NCBI GenBank assembly: GCA_964016885.1
Contig: OZ024742.1
Coordinates: 255,068,001-255,132,000, forward strand
From: Eledone cirrhosa
Taxonomy: Eukaryota
Direction of reading: 5' to 3'
DNA length: 64,000 nucleotides
Below are positions 1 to 18,325 of this stretch, in pieces; positions within the stretch are counted from its first letter, which is position 1, and each line of letters begins with the position of its first letter. Below the pieces are notes generated by a model. The model made no database searches. It had not been told where the DNA came from and worked only from the letters and a program-made list of their open reading frames with translations. The position numbers and the translations under genes were made by a program.

Positions 1-1289
1 CCATTTATTCATGCTTGTATGGGTTAGATGTGTCTTCTCCAGCTGTCCCCACCTATTGCATTCCTTCATCATCTCCTGTATGGGGATTGGTGTTTTGAGA
101 TCAGCTCTAACTATCTCTGCCCAGGTTTTCCTTAGTCTTTTGCTATTGCATATTCCTTACACTGGCATCTCCTTGCACTTCTTCACCCAACGATTATCAT
201 CCATATGCAACACATGCCATTACCAGTGCTATCTTCTCCCTTGCACATTACATCCTATTCCTCAATTGAATATATAATATTTTCATTATTTTTTAATATA
301 TTTTTACTTCGCAGTGTTGGCCATAAAACTATTTATAACTAACACAAATCCAACCTTTTAGGATTTTTTTGTATTTAATTTCTAAAAAGGTTTTGACTAA
401 AATATATTGAAAATAAAGTTAGGAAAAACAGAAAGAAATCTATTCGTTGATCTCGCTTTTATATATATTTGGTAATGTTGGTATGAATGTTACTATTGTG
501 TTGTTGTAAACATTGATATTTGGCAAAAAATAACAAACACAAATACAAACAATAATAATAATAAATAAACAAATATTAGATACGTCTCGAGTGTATTTCA
601 GATTTAGTTTCACAAAAGATGAGTTCTGTCAGTCATTAGTCTCTTATTTCATGCTTATTACACAAAAGCTAGCCCCAAGGGACCTTTGGTAATTTTCAGC
701 TGCATAGGTGTGTATTACAAATACAACTAAATGAACATACATACACATAAACACTCACTCACAAGTAGCACTAAATGAAGCAGCATATACACATTCCCAA
801 ATGTAGCATCATGATTTGAATGTCTAACATAGAAGAGAAATTGTATTAAATGTTCTTTCAGCTCCTGTTATAATATATTTCTCAATGACTGGTTGATATG
901 GCATTCATATAATTAAATGTACTTTTATATGCATTCACAAGGATACAATACACACACAGACACACATACACACACAGACACACACAGACACATACACACA
1001 CACATACACACATACACACACATACACACACACATACACACAACATATATATATATATATATATAACAAAGAGGGTGTTGTAAGGTACCAGGTGGAACAT
1101 AACGTAACAGAGTACTCAATACTTATGGTAGTAGAGTGGGTAATAGGAAAAGAGTCAAGACCCCGACAGCTGAGCTGTGGCCGTTTTGATAGCTAGATCA
1201 GACTCTTTTCCAATATTATGTTAGAATGCCCCCCCCCCCCATCAGTCACTAATGACCATGGTTTTTACACATAGAAAATTTCCCGCCTG

Positions 1290-1535
1290 GGGAAGGTTTG
1301 TTAGTGGAAGACCAGCAGTTGCCCATGCATACCACTCTCCTCTCTCCACGCCACTGATGTTATCCAAGGGAAAGACAATGGCTCATATAGCTCAGCACTA
1401 GTAACATCACAAGTAATTTCTACAGCTGAGTGAACTGGAACAATATGAATCAAGGACACAACGCATTACCCAATCTGAGAATCTAACTCATAAACTCTCA
1501 ATTGCAAGGCCAAAGCTCTAACCACTAAGCCATCC
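1290..1535 (-). mobile_element. tRNA-derived SINE (diverged)
   Basis: The minus strand starts ggatggcttagtggttagagc (A-box-like) with a decayed B box. It is homologous to the copies at 34757-35075, 38025-38420 and 41399-41794. Confidence 0.7.
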
Positions 1536-1550
1536 ACTTTCATTATATAT

Positions 1551-5259
<3,709 letters not shown>

Positions 5260-5282
5260 TTATATATATACATATATATACA

Positions 5283-5337
<55 letters not shown>

Positions 5338-5339
<2 letters not shown>

Positions 5340-5526
5340 CGGAAGAAATGTGGTAAGGAACCCGGTGGAACATAACGCACCAAAGTACTCAATACTTAGG
5401 GTAGTAGAGTGGGTAATAGGAACGAGTAGGACCCCGACGGCTGAGCTCAAGCCGTCTCGACGGCTAATTCAGTCCAGAATTAGCCGTGGAAACGGCTTGA
5501 GCTCAGCCGTCGGGGTCCTACTCGTT

Positions 5527-5530
<4 letters not shown>
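5338..5530 (-). mobile_element. pLTR-like 3' end with fold-back inversion containing the 3' half of an HHR
   Basis: Homologous to 1065-1218, 25440-25610 and 28936-29118. Palindrome 5417-5530 contains GAAACGGC-ttgagctca-GCCGTC (stem III + GUC). Flanked by (TA)n. Confidence 0.65.
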
Positions 5531-5583
<53 letters not shown>

Positions 5584-5593
5584 CATACATTTA

Positions 5594-5656
<63 letters not shown>

Positions 5657-5680
5657 CATACATTTATATATACATACATT

Positions 5681-5751
<71 letters not shown>

Positions 5752-5753
<2 letters not shown>

Positions 5754-6000
5754 TGGCTACCAACTCGTTTTCGAGTACGGCCACTACTTTATATCCATGT
5801 AGGAGAACCCCTACCGATGCGCTAAACAAGTGTGACTTTTAGTCCAGCCAGCGACTTGAAAACTCTGGTACAAACACTACACCTGTGACAATTATTGACA
5901 CATAGTGTTTGGCCCTTGGTACCATGTGACGACAAGTGTAGAGAGATCTCCAGATATAAAGCAATGCCTGAGGCCGTGAAGCTTTTATAGTGAGCAAAGG
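5752..6000 (-). mobile_element. probable LINE 3' end with C2H2 zinc finger remnant
   Basis: Minus-strand [15 protein letters not shown] followed by a short UTR and (TA)n. Confidence 0.35.
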
Positions 6001-6350
6001 CACTGCACAAAGCCAGTCCCACTCTCTTAATCCAAGATGATATTTACCAAAAAGAAGAATAAGTCAACATCATTGGATACCATCAGGGTTGCAGGTGTTA
6101 TATCAGAGTTTTCCTTCTCCTAGAAATCTGCCTTGACGAAGGCTAAGGGGTCATCTCTCCCGGTGATTTTGGATGGCCATTGACTCTTAAGAGCTCATTT
6201 GCCAGGTTTTGTTTTTAGTCCTGCAGGATGTCCAAAGTCACCCTCCTCACCAAGAAACCTTGGTGGGGTTGCCAGTTTAGTCGCCAACGACCCGACCATG
6301 GGACAGGTTGTACTGGGATACTTGTTACCAGTAGCACCAACTGGTGACCT

Positions 6351-6407
<57 letters not shown>

Positions 6408-6409
<2 letters not shown>

Positions 6410-8852
6410 CTTTGAATAACTTTGAAATGTTTTGGCCAGTATTGGCCCAGGCCATGTCTAACTTAATAGCACCACCTGGCGAAGTCTTTCAATTCAGGAT
6501 TTGGGCACCATGGCCCATTCGAGAAGAGAATTACTGTTTGCGGAGACATATCCGGGTGTGGGTGGTTTGTCCGGGATTACTTGGAGGAATTTGTCCAAAG
6601 ACTTCTTGAATTTTGTGTGGTCAGTTTCTGTTTTGACGTGTCCTGGTGTGATGTTGAAGAGAGCAGGGCCGATTGAGGTGAAATAATTGTGCCGTATTGT
6701 TGTTATGAGTTGCGATTTAGATTTTTGAATGGGACGGATAGCACGGGGCCCAAGCCTTGGGTGTATCTTGAAGGCGATGCCAACATCATTTGGGCAGTGA
6801 TGATGGAACATTTTCTACATCATGCAGATAATATAACGCTCACGGCGACGTTGGAGTGAGTAAAGTTTCAGGTTTTCTAATCGACCCCAGTAGTCAAGGT
6901 CTGACATGCCATCTATCTTTTTCGTGATTGCCCTTTGAGGAGCTTCAAGTTTCATGATACTTTGTTTCGTGTGGGGAGACCACAGTGGACAACAGTATTC
7001 AAGGTGTGGTCGGGCAAAAGTAGAGAAGAGAAGGATAATGGTGCGGGAATCTCTCGACTGGAAGGTTCTGAGGATCCAGGAACACATTCTGCGGGCCATG
7101 TCAACTTTGCTGCTTATATGCGTGGTCCAGCTTATGTTGCTGTCCACGGTTACTCCCAAGTCTCTGATGTTGTTAGATGCCACGAGAGTTTCCCCGGAGG
7201 GAAGGGAGTACGGGAGTTTCAGAGCATCCTCTTTTCCAAAGTGGATCAGTTCGAATTTGTCTTCGTTCAGTAACATGTTGTTCTTTTCTGCCCATTGGGT
7301 AACAGCCAGTAGGTCTGACTGAAGGCTTATCCGGTCATCTACGCCATTGATGACCTTTTGGAGCTTGGAATCATCAGCGAAAATTTTAATGTTGCTGTGT
7401 TTGATGATGTCAGTGATGTCATTAATATAGATGATGAAGAGAAGTGGGCCCAACACAGTGCCTTGTGGGACCCCACTACTGACTTTGGCTGGGCTTGATT
7501 TGACTCCCTCAACTACAACATGTTGGGTTCTGTTTGACAGGAAGCTCTTGATCCACTGCAGCAGCTTTCCAGTGACACCAATATTGGACAGCTTTCTCAG
7601 TAGAATGTTATGATCAACCCTGTCAAAGGCCTTGCTGAAATCAAGGTAGATAACATCAGTGTTGGAACCCTCTCCCAAGGCTCTCAAAATGTCATCAAAG
7701 TGATGCAGTAGCTGCGTCAGGCAATCCCTTCCATTACGGAATCCATGCTGGTTGGAGTTCAGCATATTGTTACTCTCAAGGAAGTGGGTCATTCGCGATC
7801 TCACCACTCGCTCAAATACCTTAATGATATGAGAGGTGAGTGAGATTGGACGGTAATTCACGGCAAGGGATTTGTTTCCCTTTTTGAAAACTGGGACAAC
7901 AGACTGGGATAGAAGGTTTTCTGGCACATAGCCAGCATCCAGTGAGTTCCGCCACAGATTGGCAAGAGGAGATGCAAGTTGGTGTTGACACGCCTTCAAG
8001 ACACAAGCAGGGAACCTATCGGGACCTACTGCTGAATTATGCTTGATTTCCTTTATTGCCGCCAAGACATCAGGGGCGCCAAACGTTATGTCCGATAAGG
8101 TGTAATGGGGAGTAACATCGCCGATACAGCCCAGATCGGCCATATCAGGATTGCTGAAAACAGAGCAGTATTGTTTCTGCAGTATCTCACCCATGGTTTT
8201 AGCATTGTCTTGAAGAGTGCCATTTTCATCAATTAGAGGGCCAACAGTAGAGCCAGTGATCTTGTGTTTTTTTGCAAATGAAAAGAACACTTTGGGATTG
8301 AGTTTGATCTTCTCAATGGCCCAGGCCTCTTCAGCTCTTCTCTGATTGTTGATGAGGGACATTATGTTGTTTTGGAGGTTATGTTTTTTAATCTCTAGTG
8401 ATGAAATGGCAGTCAAGTTGATGTGTTGCTGCTGACAGTATTTCAGCTTGTTGATTTTTTTGTTCGTTCTCTTAATTTTTCTGATGAGCGTTTTTCTATT
8501 TCTAGGGATTCTGCTCTTAGATTTGTTTATAGTTCTTAATGGGGTGTGTTTAGCACATATGTTTGTAACAGTGTCCACAAATGTCTGCCAGGACTTTTTG
8601 ATGTTAGTGGGTGTATGAGTGTGCGTGAAGGACCAGTCGACATGTGCAAGATCATGACTGATCGCTTCCCAGTTTGCATTGTGGAAATCCATAGCGTCAA
8701 ACGGATGGACAGGAGAGATGACATTGGGTTTGTATATTGGACGGTGGAATCTCAGATCACAGAGAACCATGTCATGATCAGAGAGTAGAGTTTTCTCCAC
8801 TGCAATATTGTGGATATTGTCAGTGTGATTGCTGAAAATTAAGTCTAGGACG

Positions 8853-8858
<6 letters not shown>
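6408..8858 (-). mobile_element. 5'-truncated CR1-group (L2/Crack/Daphne-like) LINE ORF2, RT nearly intact
   Basis: APE C-terminus ([14 protein letters not shown]), then YRPISLTS, QHGF, YLDFSKAFD, GVPQGTVLGP, FADDSK and RPHLEY. A frameshift near 6813 leads into FKKSLDKFL...PDKP..PGY..SNSL. The ORF N-terminus in the track is (TA)n read-through. Confidence 0.9.
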
Positions 8859-8935
<77 letters not shown>

Positions 8936-9041
8936 CATTTATATATATATATATATATACATATATGTATATGTATGTATATATATATATATATATATAT
9001 ACATACATACATTTAAATATATATATACATATATATATATG

Positions 9042-9072
<31 letters not shown>

Positions 9073-9075
9073 TTA

Positions 9076-9162
<87 letters not shown>

Positions 9163-9666
9163 ATAATAATAAATTTGAAGACTAAAATCCAAAGAGGGCT
9201 CGTTAAGGATAAATATATATCAAATATATAAGAACCGTAGAGCAAATATTTATTAAAATAACAGATTATGTTATCTGTTATTTTAATAAATATATATACA
9301 CACATATATATATATACAAATATATATATACATATATATAAACATATATATATATATATATACATATATATATACATATATATATATACATATATATATA
9401 TACATACACATATATATATAACACAATAATCAAAGCTATGTTCAAATCATTTTATTGGCTGACAATCGTTTCTTTCAAACTATCGTTAGCATTCATCGGA
9501 ACAGTAGCAATGTTTGTACATATAAATAACCTCATATTCCGGCTCTGTAAAACATTGAGCTATTTTTTCTTACTGATAATAAGGAAGTAATAAATTACTG
9601 ACCTTTCCTGTTTATAGTTGTATATAGTGTCTACATAACTATAAATAATATTATTATTATATATAC

Positions 9667-9723
<57 letters not shown>

Positions 9724-9733
9724 CATATATATG

Positions 9734-9765
<32 letters not shown>

Positions 9766-9792
9766 CATATATATATATACATATATATATAT

Positions 9793-9895
<103 letters not shown>

Positions 9896-10069
9896 TACAT
9901 ACATTTATATATATACTATATAATATTTTGAGAATAAGCTCTCAGTCCTTTACAATAATTAAGCTCCAGGAAACTTTAATTAGTTTATTTCATTAATAGC
10001 TGACTGTCTGTTGCAAACACGTTTTGTGTTTATCATATATTTTAATGTATTTATATATATATATAGATG

Positions 10070-10120
10070 AGATTCTACAGGACTAGAACTGTTTCATTCA
10101 TTAGAAATCATCAGGAATCT
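10070..10120 (-). ncRNA. type I hammerhead ribozyme
   Basis: Reverse complement: agattc CTGATGA t-ttc-taat-gaa-t GAAACAG ttctagtc CTGT A gaatct. Stems I, II and III all pair; GUA cleavage site. Confidence 0.85.
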
Positions 10121-10315
10121 GGCTTTCCAAAATAAATGTTGTGCTATGCATATCTTTTCAGGTAGTAAGGGAGAGTGGGGAGTGGGATGGGTGGAGGTCA
10201 TTGGTTGAAAGAAAAGGGAATTCATTAAAAGCTAATTCTTTAAGGCTATAATTTATATTTAGAGTGACAATGGCAGAAAGAATTCTATAAACAAGTTCAG
10301 ATTGGAGTGCCACTC

Positions 10316-10405
<90 letters not shown>

Positions 10406-11043
10406 ATATATATAATAAAAACGAAAAATCAGTGATGCATCTGAATTCAATTTATTGTGTGTTACTATTGTTTTGCCAGCGGACAGCTCGAGACACGATC
10501 ATTGTGTGGATCTGTTTGATTATGGATCCCCAGGTTCGACGGACACGTCTAATGATTTCGGAGCAAATTCTTTCACTGGGGTGTTAGTGTCAAAAACATC
10601 CTCTTCACGCGTCCTGTTATTGGCTGCTGTTTTTCTACGACATCGTAATTCTGACCAACAGGTGTCATTCGACTGACCATGATCAGCTGTCGCGTTTCTG
10701 CCACACTTCCATCTTGTAACACATATATTTTCTGTATATCTCATACTTCTCCTGCGTACTATCTCATACGCATACACGTTCCTCCTTTTTTTATATATCT
10801 CTATGTGACCTTATATGTATATTTTTAATATATTGCATATTTCTTTTATATATGTGTATATACGTATGTGTATATGTAAATGTATATATATATGTATATG
10901 TATGTATGTGTATATATGTATGTGTATATATGTATGTGTATGATTATATTGTTTATATGTGCATGCTTATAACAAGATGCACCATTTCATGTATGACCCA
11001 TTGTATGACCCATCTTTATATGACTTTGTGTATATATCCTATT

Positions 11044-11168
<125 letters not shown>

Positions 11169-11662
11169 CTTTGTAGGCGTGCGTGGGCCTGTATGTGAAT
11201 ATGCGCATATTTGTAAAAGTGTATATGAACTTGTGTGTGTGTGTGTGTATGTACAAGCACCCAATGTAGGGAAAGGGCTTGTTTGTGTGTATATATATAT
11301 ATATATGTGTGTGTGTGTTTGCGAGCGAGTCTGTATCTGTGCTTGTATATATGGACACGTGTGTGTATGTGCGTGTGCATGGGGAAAAAGGAAACAAAGG
11401 GGCGGGTGTCTATGCATGTCTGTGCGTATTTGTGTATACGAGTATATATACGCGTATGCATGTGTGTGCGCCTGTGTGTGTTGATGTATGTGGGCATGAA
11501 GGCAGGCGTCTGTGTATGCGTATGTCTAGAGTTTTATATTTTCTCCTTAAGTGTGTGTATATAGCGGGAGTCTTTTCGTTTTTATTATATCATACTCTTC
11601 TCTGTAAGAACATAGAGTGTTCAACAGGCATACCGCCTATGGAAGCATCTTAGCTACCATCA

Positions 11663-11826
<164 letters not shown>

Positions 11827-11837
11827 CACATATATGT

Positions 11838-12760
11838 GTATGCAGATGACCTCGAACTTATAGCTGAATCTATGGTAGAACTAGAGAAGAAATTCCGAAC
11901 TTGGAAGCAGGGACTAGAAAGAAAGAGTCTCAAAGTCAACCTGACTAAGACTAAGGTCCTTGTAAGTAGATGAGAAAACAGAACCCAGATCCCCTCAGGC
12001 AAATAGCCTTGTTCAGTATGTAGGAAAGGTGTAGGTAGGAACTCCAATCTCTGCCCCCAAATGCAAACAATGGGTACACAAGAGATGTAGCGGGATCTCA
12101 GGAAGCTTAACTAAGAATGTAGGCTTCACATGTAGCAGTTGCACCGGGACAGCAAGCAGCAAACAGCCACAGGAAACAAGTACCACCAATCTCTGGGAGG
12201 GCTCTGTAGAAACAGTAGACAGCCTCTGCTACCTAGGTGACCGTGACCGAATTAGCAGCGGAGGTGGGTGTTCTGAAATTACAATAACTAGGGTAGAATG
12301 GGGTGGAAGAAGCTCGGGGCGCTACTGCCACTGCTATCTACAAAAGGCTTTTCTCTGAAATTGAAAGGCAGACTGTATGATGCGTGTATACGAACAGCAA
12401 TGTTACATGGCAGTGAGACCTGGGCGCTGACTGTGGAAGACTTGCGTAGATTAGAAAGAAATGAAGCCTGCATGCTCCGATAGATGTGTAATAGTAATAT
12501 ACGCGAACGGCAAAGCATAAATGAATTGAGAGAGAGACTGAGCATAAGAGGAATCAAATGCTGTGTGCAGGAGAGGCGGTTGCGCTGGTATGGACATGTG
12601 ATGTGTATGAAGGATGACAGCTGCATAATAAGGTGCAGAGCACTAGAAGCCGATGGAAAGCGCACAGTGGGGGAGACACAAGAAGACATGGGATGAGTTG
12701 TTAAAAGCCGACCTTACCCAGTTACATCTCTCAAAGGCGATGACACACGACAGTAATACA
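11838..12760 (+). mobile_element. RTE LINE 3' fragment (degenerate)
   Basis: [20 protein letters not shown], a Cys/His PHD-like insert, MLHGSETW and RRLRWYGHV. Confidence 0.85.
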
Positions 12761-12829
12761 GAAGACCCCCCCCCCATCCACGGGTACAAGCCGAAGCTGA
12801 AGCATATAGACAATATGCACCCACACCCT

Positions 12830-13125
12830 CCCACTGCAAAATGGTTGAGCTGGTGCCACGGTAAAAAAGCACCCAGCGCATACTGTAAATGCGGTTGGTG
12901 TTAGGAAGGGCAGGTTGTCCTGTTGTGGGCAGTGTCCGGTCGGCTGAACTTGTCTTGCTCATATGGGAACTGATTCTGGCTTGATTTCTACAGCTATCCA
13001 GCTGTAGAAATCAAGCCAGAATCAGTTCCCATATGAGCAAGACAAGTTCAGCCGACCGGACACTGCCCGCAACAGGACAACCTGTCTAACCCATGCTACC
13101 ATGGAAGAACGGTGATGATGATCAT
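12830..13125 (+). mobile_element. SINE 3' part with internal ~85-bp-arm inverted duplication and (TGA)n tail
   Basis: Shares taggaagggca and cagctgtagaaatcaagccagaatcagttccc with the SINE at 34757-35075. Near-perfect hairpin at 12911-13085. Confidence 0.6.
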
Positions 13126-13159
13126 GATATATATATATATATACATATATATACATACA

Positions 13160-13231
<72 letters not shown>

Positions 13232-13235
<4 letters not shown>

Positions 13236-13545
13236 GAATTGGTGCTCTGAAATAGCGATATATATATGATTGTATATATAGTGTATTTTGCAATACACTG
13301 TATGCTTAATTAAAAGCATTTCGAAGACCTTATACTATTGTTTTAGAGTAGTGACAGTCTCACTTACTTTAATTTTCAGCAAACAGGGGAGATAAAGCTG
13401 ACAGAGCACTGTTTCGCCCTTGTTGGTGCTTATGAAAGCTAACTTCTCTGCCTGTTTGCTTAAAACCATGAATGTTTGATTCTTATAGAATTCTAGTAAT
13501 AATCAGGAACTGATTATACAGAGCGGTTGCCGGTCAAGCAGATAT
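13232..13545 (-). mobile_element. diverged monomer related to the 312-bp HHR family, with decayed HHR (13396-13440)
   Basis: Shares tgctctgaaatagcgatatatat, gaagacc and gagcggt..cggtc with 51604-52021. Reverse complement reads agct TTCATAA gcacc-aaca-agggc GAAACAG tgct CTGTC agct. Confidence 0.6.
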
Positions 13546-13552
13546 ATAAATG

Positions 13553-13619
<67 letters not shown>

Positions 13620-13714
13620 ATACTTGGGGAGGGTCATATTTGCGTAATATTGCCAGAATTAATAACAGAACACACTCACTGTTTGGTTGGTTTTCGCTTT
13701 ATATATATACATAC

Positions 13715-13767
<53 letters not shown>

Positions 13768-13772
<5 letters not shown>

Positions 13773-15590
13773 GACGTAAAATAAGAAAATATTTTTTTTT
13801 TTTTATTTTTAAAAAAATTTTTACTTACTTAAATTTTCACTCCAACTAATTAGTTTCTGCAATGGGATAAAGACAGTTACGTAATCCAACTGTCGAGAAT
13901 TCATTGCGTCATCAGGGAGTCTATTCTCAGTTAAGTCTCCAGGCAATGCGCGGACACTGGCGGCTCATATAAAAATAATAATAATTCGGTAGATCGAACA
14001 GCTTGCGAGGACTGGATTCTATGTACCGAAATTCTCACTGCTTCAAGTCAAATGGCCGATTCTAAAGAATCAATCACGTGACACAGAGGCTAGTTAGAAG
14101 GAATGGGATGGTAAGATGACTGACGCCTACTAACACCCCCCCAAAAAAAAATTCTTTTAGAAGTGGTTTTGGCAAGTTTGCTCGACAAATCAGTGATTTG
14201 GAGATAAATATAGATAATTTAATATATCAACTAACATAAGCGCACAGATGCACGCCCATGCTAGCAAATACACAGGTTATGTCATAGTACCTAGGTGGTT
14301 CAATGCAGGAGAATGCAGAACAATAATATAAAGGACGTAAAATAAGAAAATATTTTTTAAAAAAAATTTTTTTTAAATTTTTTACTTACTTAAATTTTCA
14401 CTCCAACTAATTAGTTTCTGCAATGGGATAAAGACAGTTACGTAATCCAACTGTCGAGAATTCATTGCGTCATCAGGGAGTCTATTCTCAGTTAAGTCTC
14501 CAGGCAATGCGCGGACACTGGCGGCTCATATAAAAATAACAATAATTCGGTAGATCGAACAGCTTGCAACATCCCATTCCTTCTAACTAGCCTCTGTGTC
14601 ACGTGATTGATTCTTTAGAATCGGCCATTTGACTTGAAGCAGTGAGAATTTCGGTACATAGAATCCAGTCCTCGCAAGCTATTCGATCTACCGAATTATT
14701 ATTATTTTTATATGAGCCGCCAGTGTCCGCGCATTGCCTGGAGACTTAACTGAGAATAGACTCCCTGATGACGCAATGAATTCTCGACAGTTGGATTACG
14801 TAACTGTCTTTATCCCATTGCAGAAACTAATTAGTTGGAGTGAAAATTTAAGTAAGTAAAAAATTTTTAAAAAATTTTAAAAAAAAAATATTTTCTTATT
14901 TTACGTCCTTTATATTATTGTTCTGCATTCTCCTGCATTGAACCACCTAGGTACTATGACATAACCTGTGTATTTGCTAGCATGGGCGTGCATCTGTGCG
15001 CTTATGTTAGTTGATATATTAAATTATCTATATTTATCTCCAAATCACTGATTTGTCGAGCAAACTTGCCAAAACCACTTCTAAAAGAATTTTTTTTTTT
15101 TTGGGGTGTTAGTAGGCGTCAGTCATCTTACCATCCCATTCCTTCTAACTAGCCTCTGTGTCACGTGATTGATTCTTTAGAATCGGCCATTTGACTTGAA
15201 GCAGTGAGAATTTCGGTACATAGAATCCAGTCCTCGCAAGCTGTTCGATCTACCGAATTATTATTATTTTTATATGAGCCGCCAGTGTCCGCGCATTGCC
15301 TGGAGACTTAACTGAGAATAGACTCCCTGATGACGCAATGAATTCTCGACAGTTGGATTACGTAACTGTCTTTATCCCATTGCAGAAACTAATTAGTTGG
15401 AGTGAAAATTTAAGTAAGTAAAAAATTTAAAAAAAATTTTTAAAAAAAAATATTTTCTTATTTTACGTCCTTTATATTATTGTTCTGCATTCTCCTGCAT
15501 TGAACCACCTAGGTACTATGACATAACCTGTGTATTTGCTAGCATGGGCGTGCATCTGTGCGCTTATGTTAGTTGATATATTAAATTATC
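13768..15590. repeat. 561-562 bp HHR-bearing tandem/inverted array (retrozyme-like)
   Basis: About 1.4 units in minus sense (13768-14568) and 1.8 units in plus sense (14569-15590), near identical and TA-flanked. HHRs at 13839-13920(-), 14400-14481(-), 14760-14841(+) and 15322-15403(+). Confidence 0.9.
14760..14841 (+). ncRNA. hammerhead ribozyme with extended stem II (representative of 4 copies)
   Basis: actcc CTGATGA c-gcaatg..gacagtt/aactgtc..cattgc-a GAAACTAATTAGTT ggagt. Palindromic stem III; GUU site. Confidence 0.85.
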
Positions 15591-15661
15591 TCTATATATA
15601 TATATATATATATATACAGTATATATATATATATACATTTATACAAACATATAAATATATG

Positions 15662-15716
<55 letters not shown>

Positions 15717-15826
15717 ATAGTAATAATAATAAAATTGAAGATTTTAATAAATATATATATGTATATATATATACATACATATATATATATGTATATATAT
15801 ATATATATGTATATATATATACATAC

Positions 15827-15877
<51 letters not shown>

Positions 15878-15982
15878 TATATGTGTACATATATATACAT
15901 ATATATATACATATATATATACACATATATACATATATATATATATACATATACCTATATATACATATACCTATATATACAT

Positions 15983-16860
15983 ATAATTTTGATTTAGATT
16001 AAATTAATTTTGATCTATCTTAATTTTGGATATATATATATAAACAAAATTAAGAGAAATCAAAATTAATTTAATCTAAATCAAAATTATGGGTGTCATG
16101 ACAGAAAGGCATGCGCCATATCACCCGAAAAATAAGCTCTAAGATTCTAATGAATAGGTCCGAGCATTTTATAACAACTAGAAGTTGATTAACATAAATA
16201 AACACATGAATAATCACAGGAGATAATTCTTACAAGTGTGTAAGCACACATATCTAGGTAGGTAACTAAATAAAGTTAACTAGAACTTCAAAAATAGATA
16301 CCTTATAATATGATTAATCTTCCCTGTATATATTCCATTAAAGAAATATATTTCACCAATTAATCGAATGCCGGTACTTGGATTTTCAACAAGGAAGAAG
16401 TCCACCGATCTATGTTTACGCATTAAGTTCAAATCAGCAACTGGCCAGTAACACGTGCTGTATCTACTAGAAATACACACATCCATCATACCAGCTTCGT
16501 CCCATTGGCGTGAATAGGGTTATCAACAACTAGAAACAGCAGTCAAGTCCTTTCAACAAAGTTAGCTCTATAATTAAGGAGCCGTATTTATATATCTATA
16601 TCAAAAATTAAGATAAATCAAAATGAATTTAATCTAAATCAAAATTATGGGTGTCATGCCAGAAAGGCATGCGCCATATCACCCGCAAAATAAGCTCTAA
16701 GATTCTAATGAATAGGTCCGAGCATTTTATAACAACTAGAAATTGCTTAACATATAAATAAACACATGAATAATCACAGGAGATAATTTTTACACACTTG
16801 TAAAAGTATTCTCCTGTGATTATTCATGTGTTTATTTATATGTTAATCAATTTCTAGTTG

Positions 16861-16862
<2 letters not shown>
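15983..16862. repeat. ~558-bp partial tandem unit with inverted end duplications; no HHR found
   Basis: 16025-~16230 recurs at ~16603-16795. Inverted copies at 15983-16030 and ~16800-16862. TA-flanked. Confidence 0.8.
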
Positions 16863-16945
<83 letters not shown>

Positions 16946-18283
16946 ACAATTTTGTCGGGTGTTCTTTTTGTCATGCATCTATGTGTGTATAGGATGCTCT
17001 GTATATGAATCCACCTTTCCAAAGCATATACCATATATATCTGCTTGTGAATGAATGTATGAACACCCATATATATGTATATGTGTGTGTGTTAGTGTGT
17101 GTGTGTATATGTATGGCTGTGTATGTGTGTGAGTGTTACTGCTTTTCTGTGTGTGTTTATGTGAGTGTGAATGTGTGTGCAGCTGTGTGAGTGTGAATAC
17201 GTGCTTGTGTGTATGTGTATGTGTGAGTATGTGCTACTGCTAGAGAAGCATTCATTCTTTACAGAGATGTAAATTATCATGGTTAAATAATTTCAATGAA
17301 ATGGAAAATGGCAAAAGGAATTTTGCTGTTCAACAAATGGATTTCTATAATTATCTCAGTGGAAATTATCTTTTAAATAAATATCTATCCAGAAAGTTGT
17401 CATTACTTCTTTCAATTCATTGTCACACAGAGCTTTTCACGTTTCCTACTTCATAAATATATGCAATGGGCTTCTGGCGGTTTCCACGATGAGTTCTCCA
17501 GTTGATTGATTAATGGCACATCTTGCTCGTAAAATAAATGTGTAAGTGGCTGAACATTCCACATATACAGATACCCTTAACGTAATTCTCAGGAAGATTC
17601 AGCCTGACACAGTGTGTGTCAAAGCTCTGCACTTTTAATTACAGATGCAGTCCATCATGTATTATAGGCTGAGCATTCTACAGATACGCATATGTAATTC
17701 TCAGGGTGATGTAGTGTGTTATAAAACTGGCCTTTTCAAATGGCTTCCAAACAGTCCCCACCTATCAAATTTTGTTCACAATGTTTGGATCAAACAGAGA
17801 CTATGGTAAATGACACTTGTTCAAGATCCATGCAGTGGGATGATACCCAGGACCGAATTATTGCAAAGCAAGTGTTGGGCATATCGTCATAAACCAGTCA
17901 GTGCTGATTACTGACCAGTTTGTGGCCTCAAGGTAGGTTGGGGTTGCGGCATTCGATCCCACACTCAACGAAGCGTATTTTATCTTGGCACCAGCAGTAG
18001 GGTGGTTGTTCAGTCTTTGACTTCAGTGAATAGTGATCCTTCCCTGTAATTTGACAGGTTTTCTATGGTTTAATATACTTCTTATCACTAACCACTTTAG
18101 AGTGCACTGGGTGATCATTTATTATTTAGATCACCAAGGTTGTTATGTCTATGACACAACTGAAGACTCTTGTTTGGGCAAGTTTTATATGGCTGGATGC
18201 CCTTCCTAAACATACAATCGACACTTTTGTGAAATGATTGACATGGAGAACCTTCTTCTGCAACAGGGTTCATGACTCTTTTC

Positions 18284-18325
<42 letters not shown>

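Noticed and set aside
1111-1125. ATACTT motifs resembling the U1 snRNA 5' end; ATCG starts resembling U2
   Set aside because: There is no further snRNA homology, so these are not snRNA genes.
9440-9520. Possible decayed HHR on the minus strand
   Set aside because: The core and stem II are too degenerate to support.
10415-10790. Possible host exon (GC-richer island with short ORFs)
   Set aside because: No recognisable domain or convincing splice context; left unassigned.
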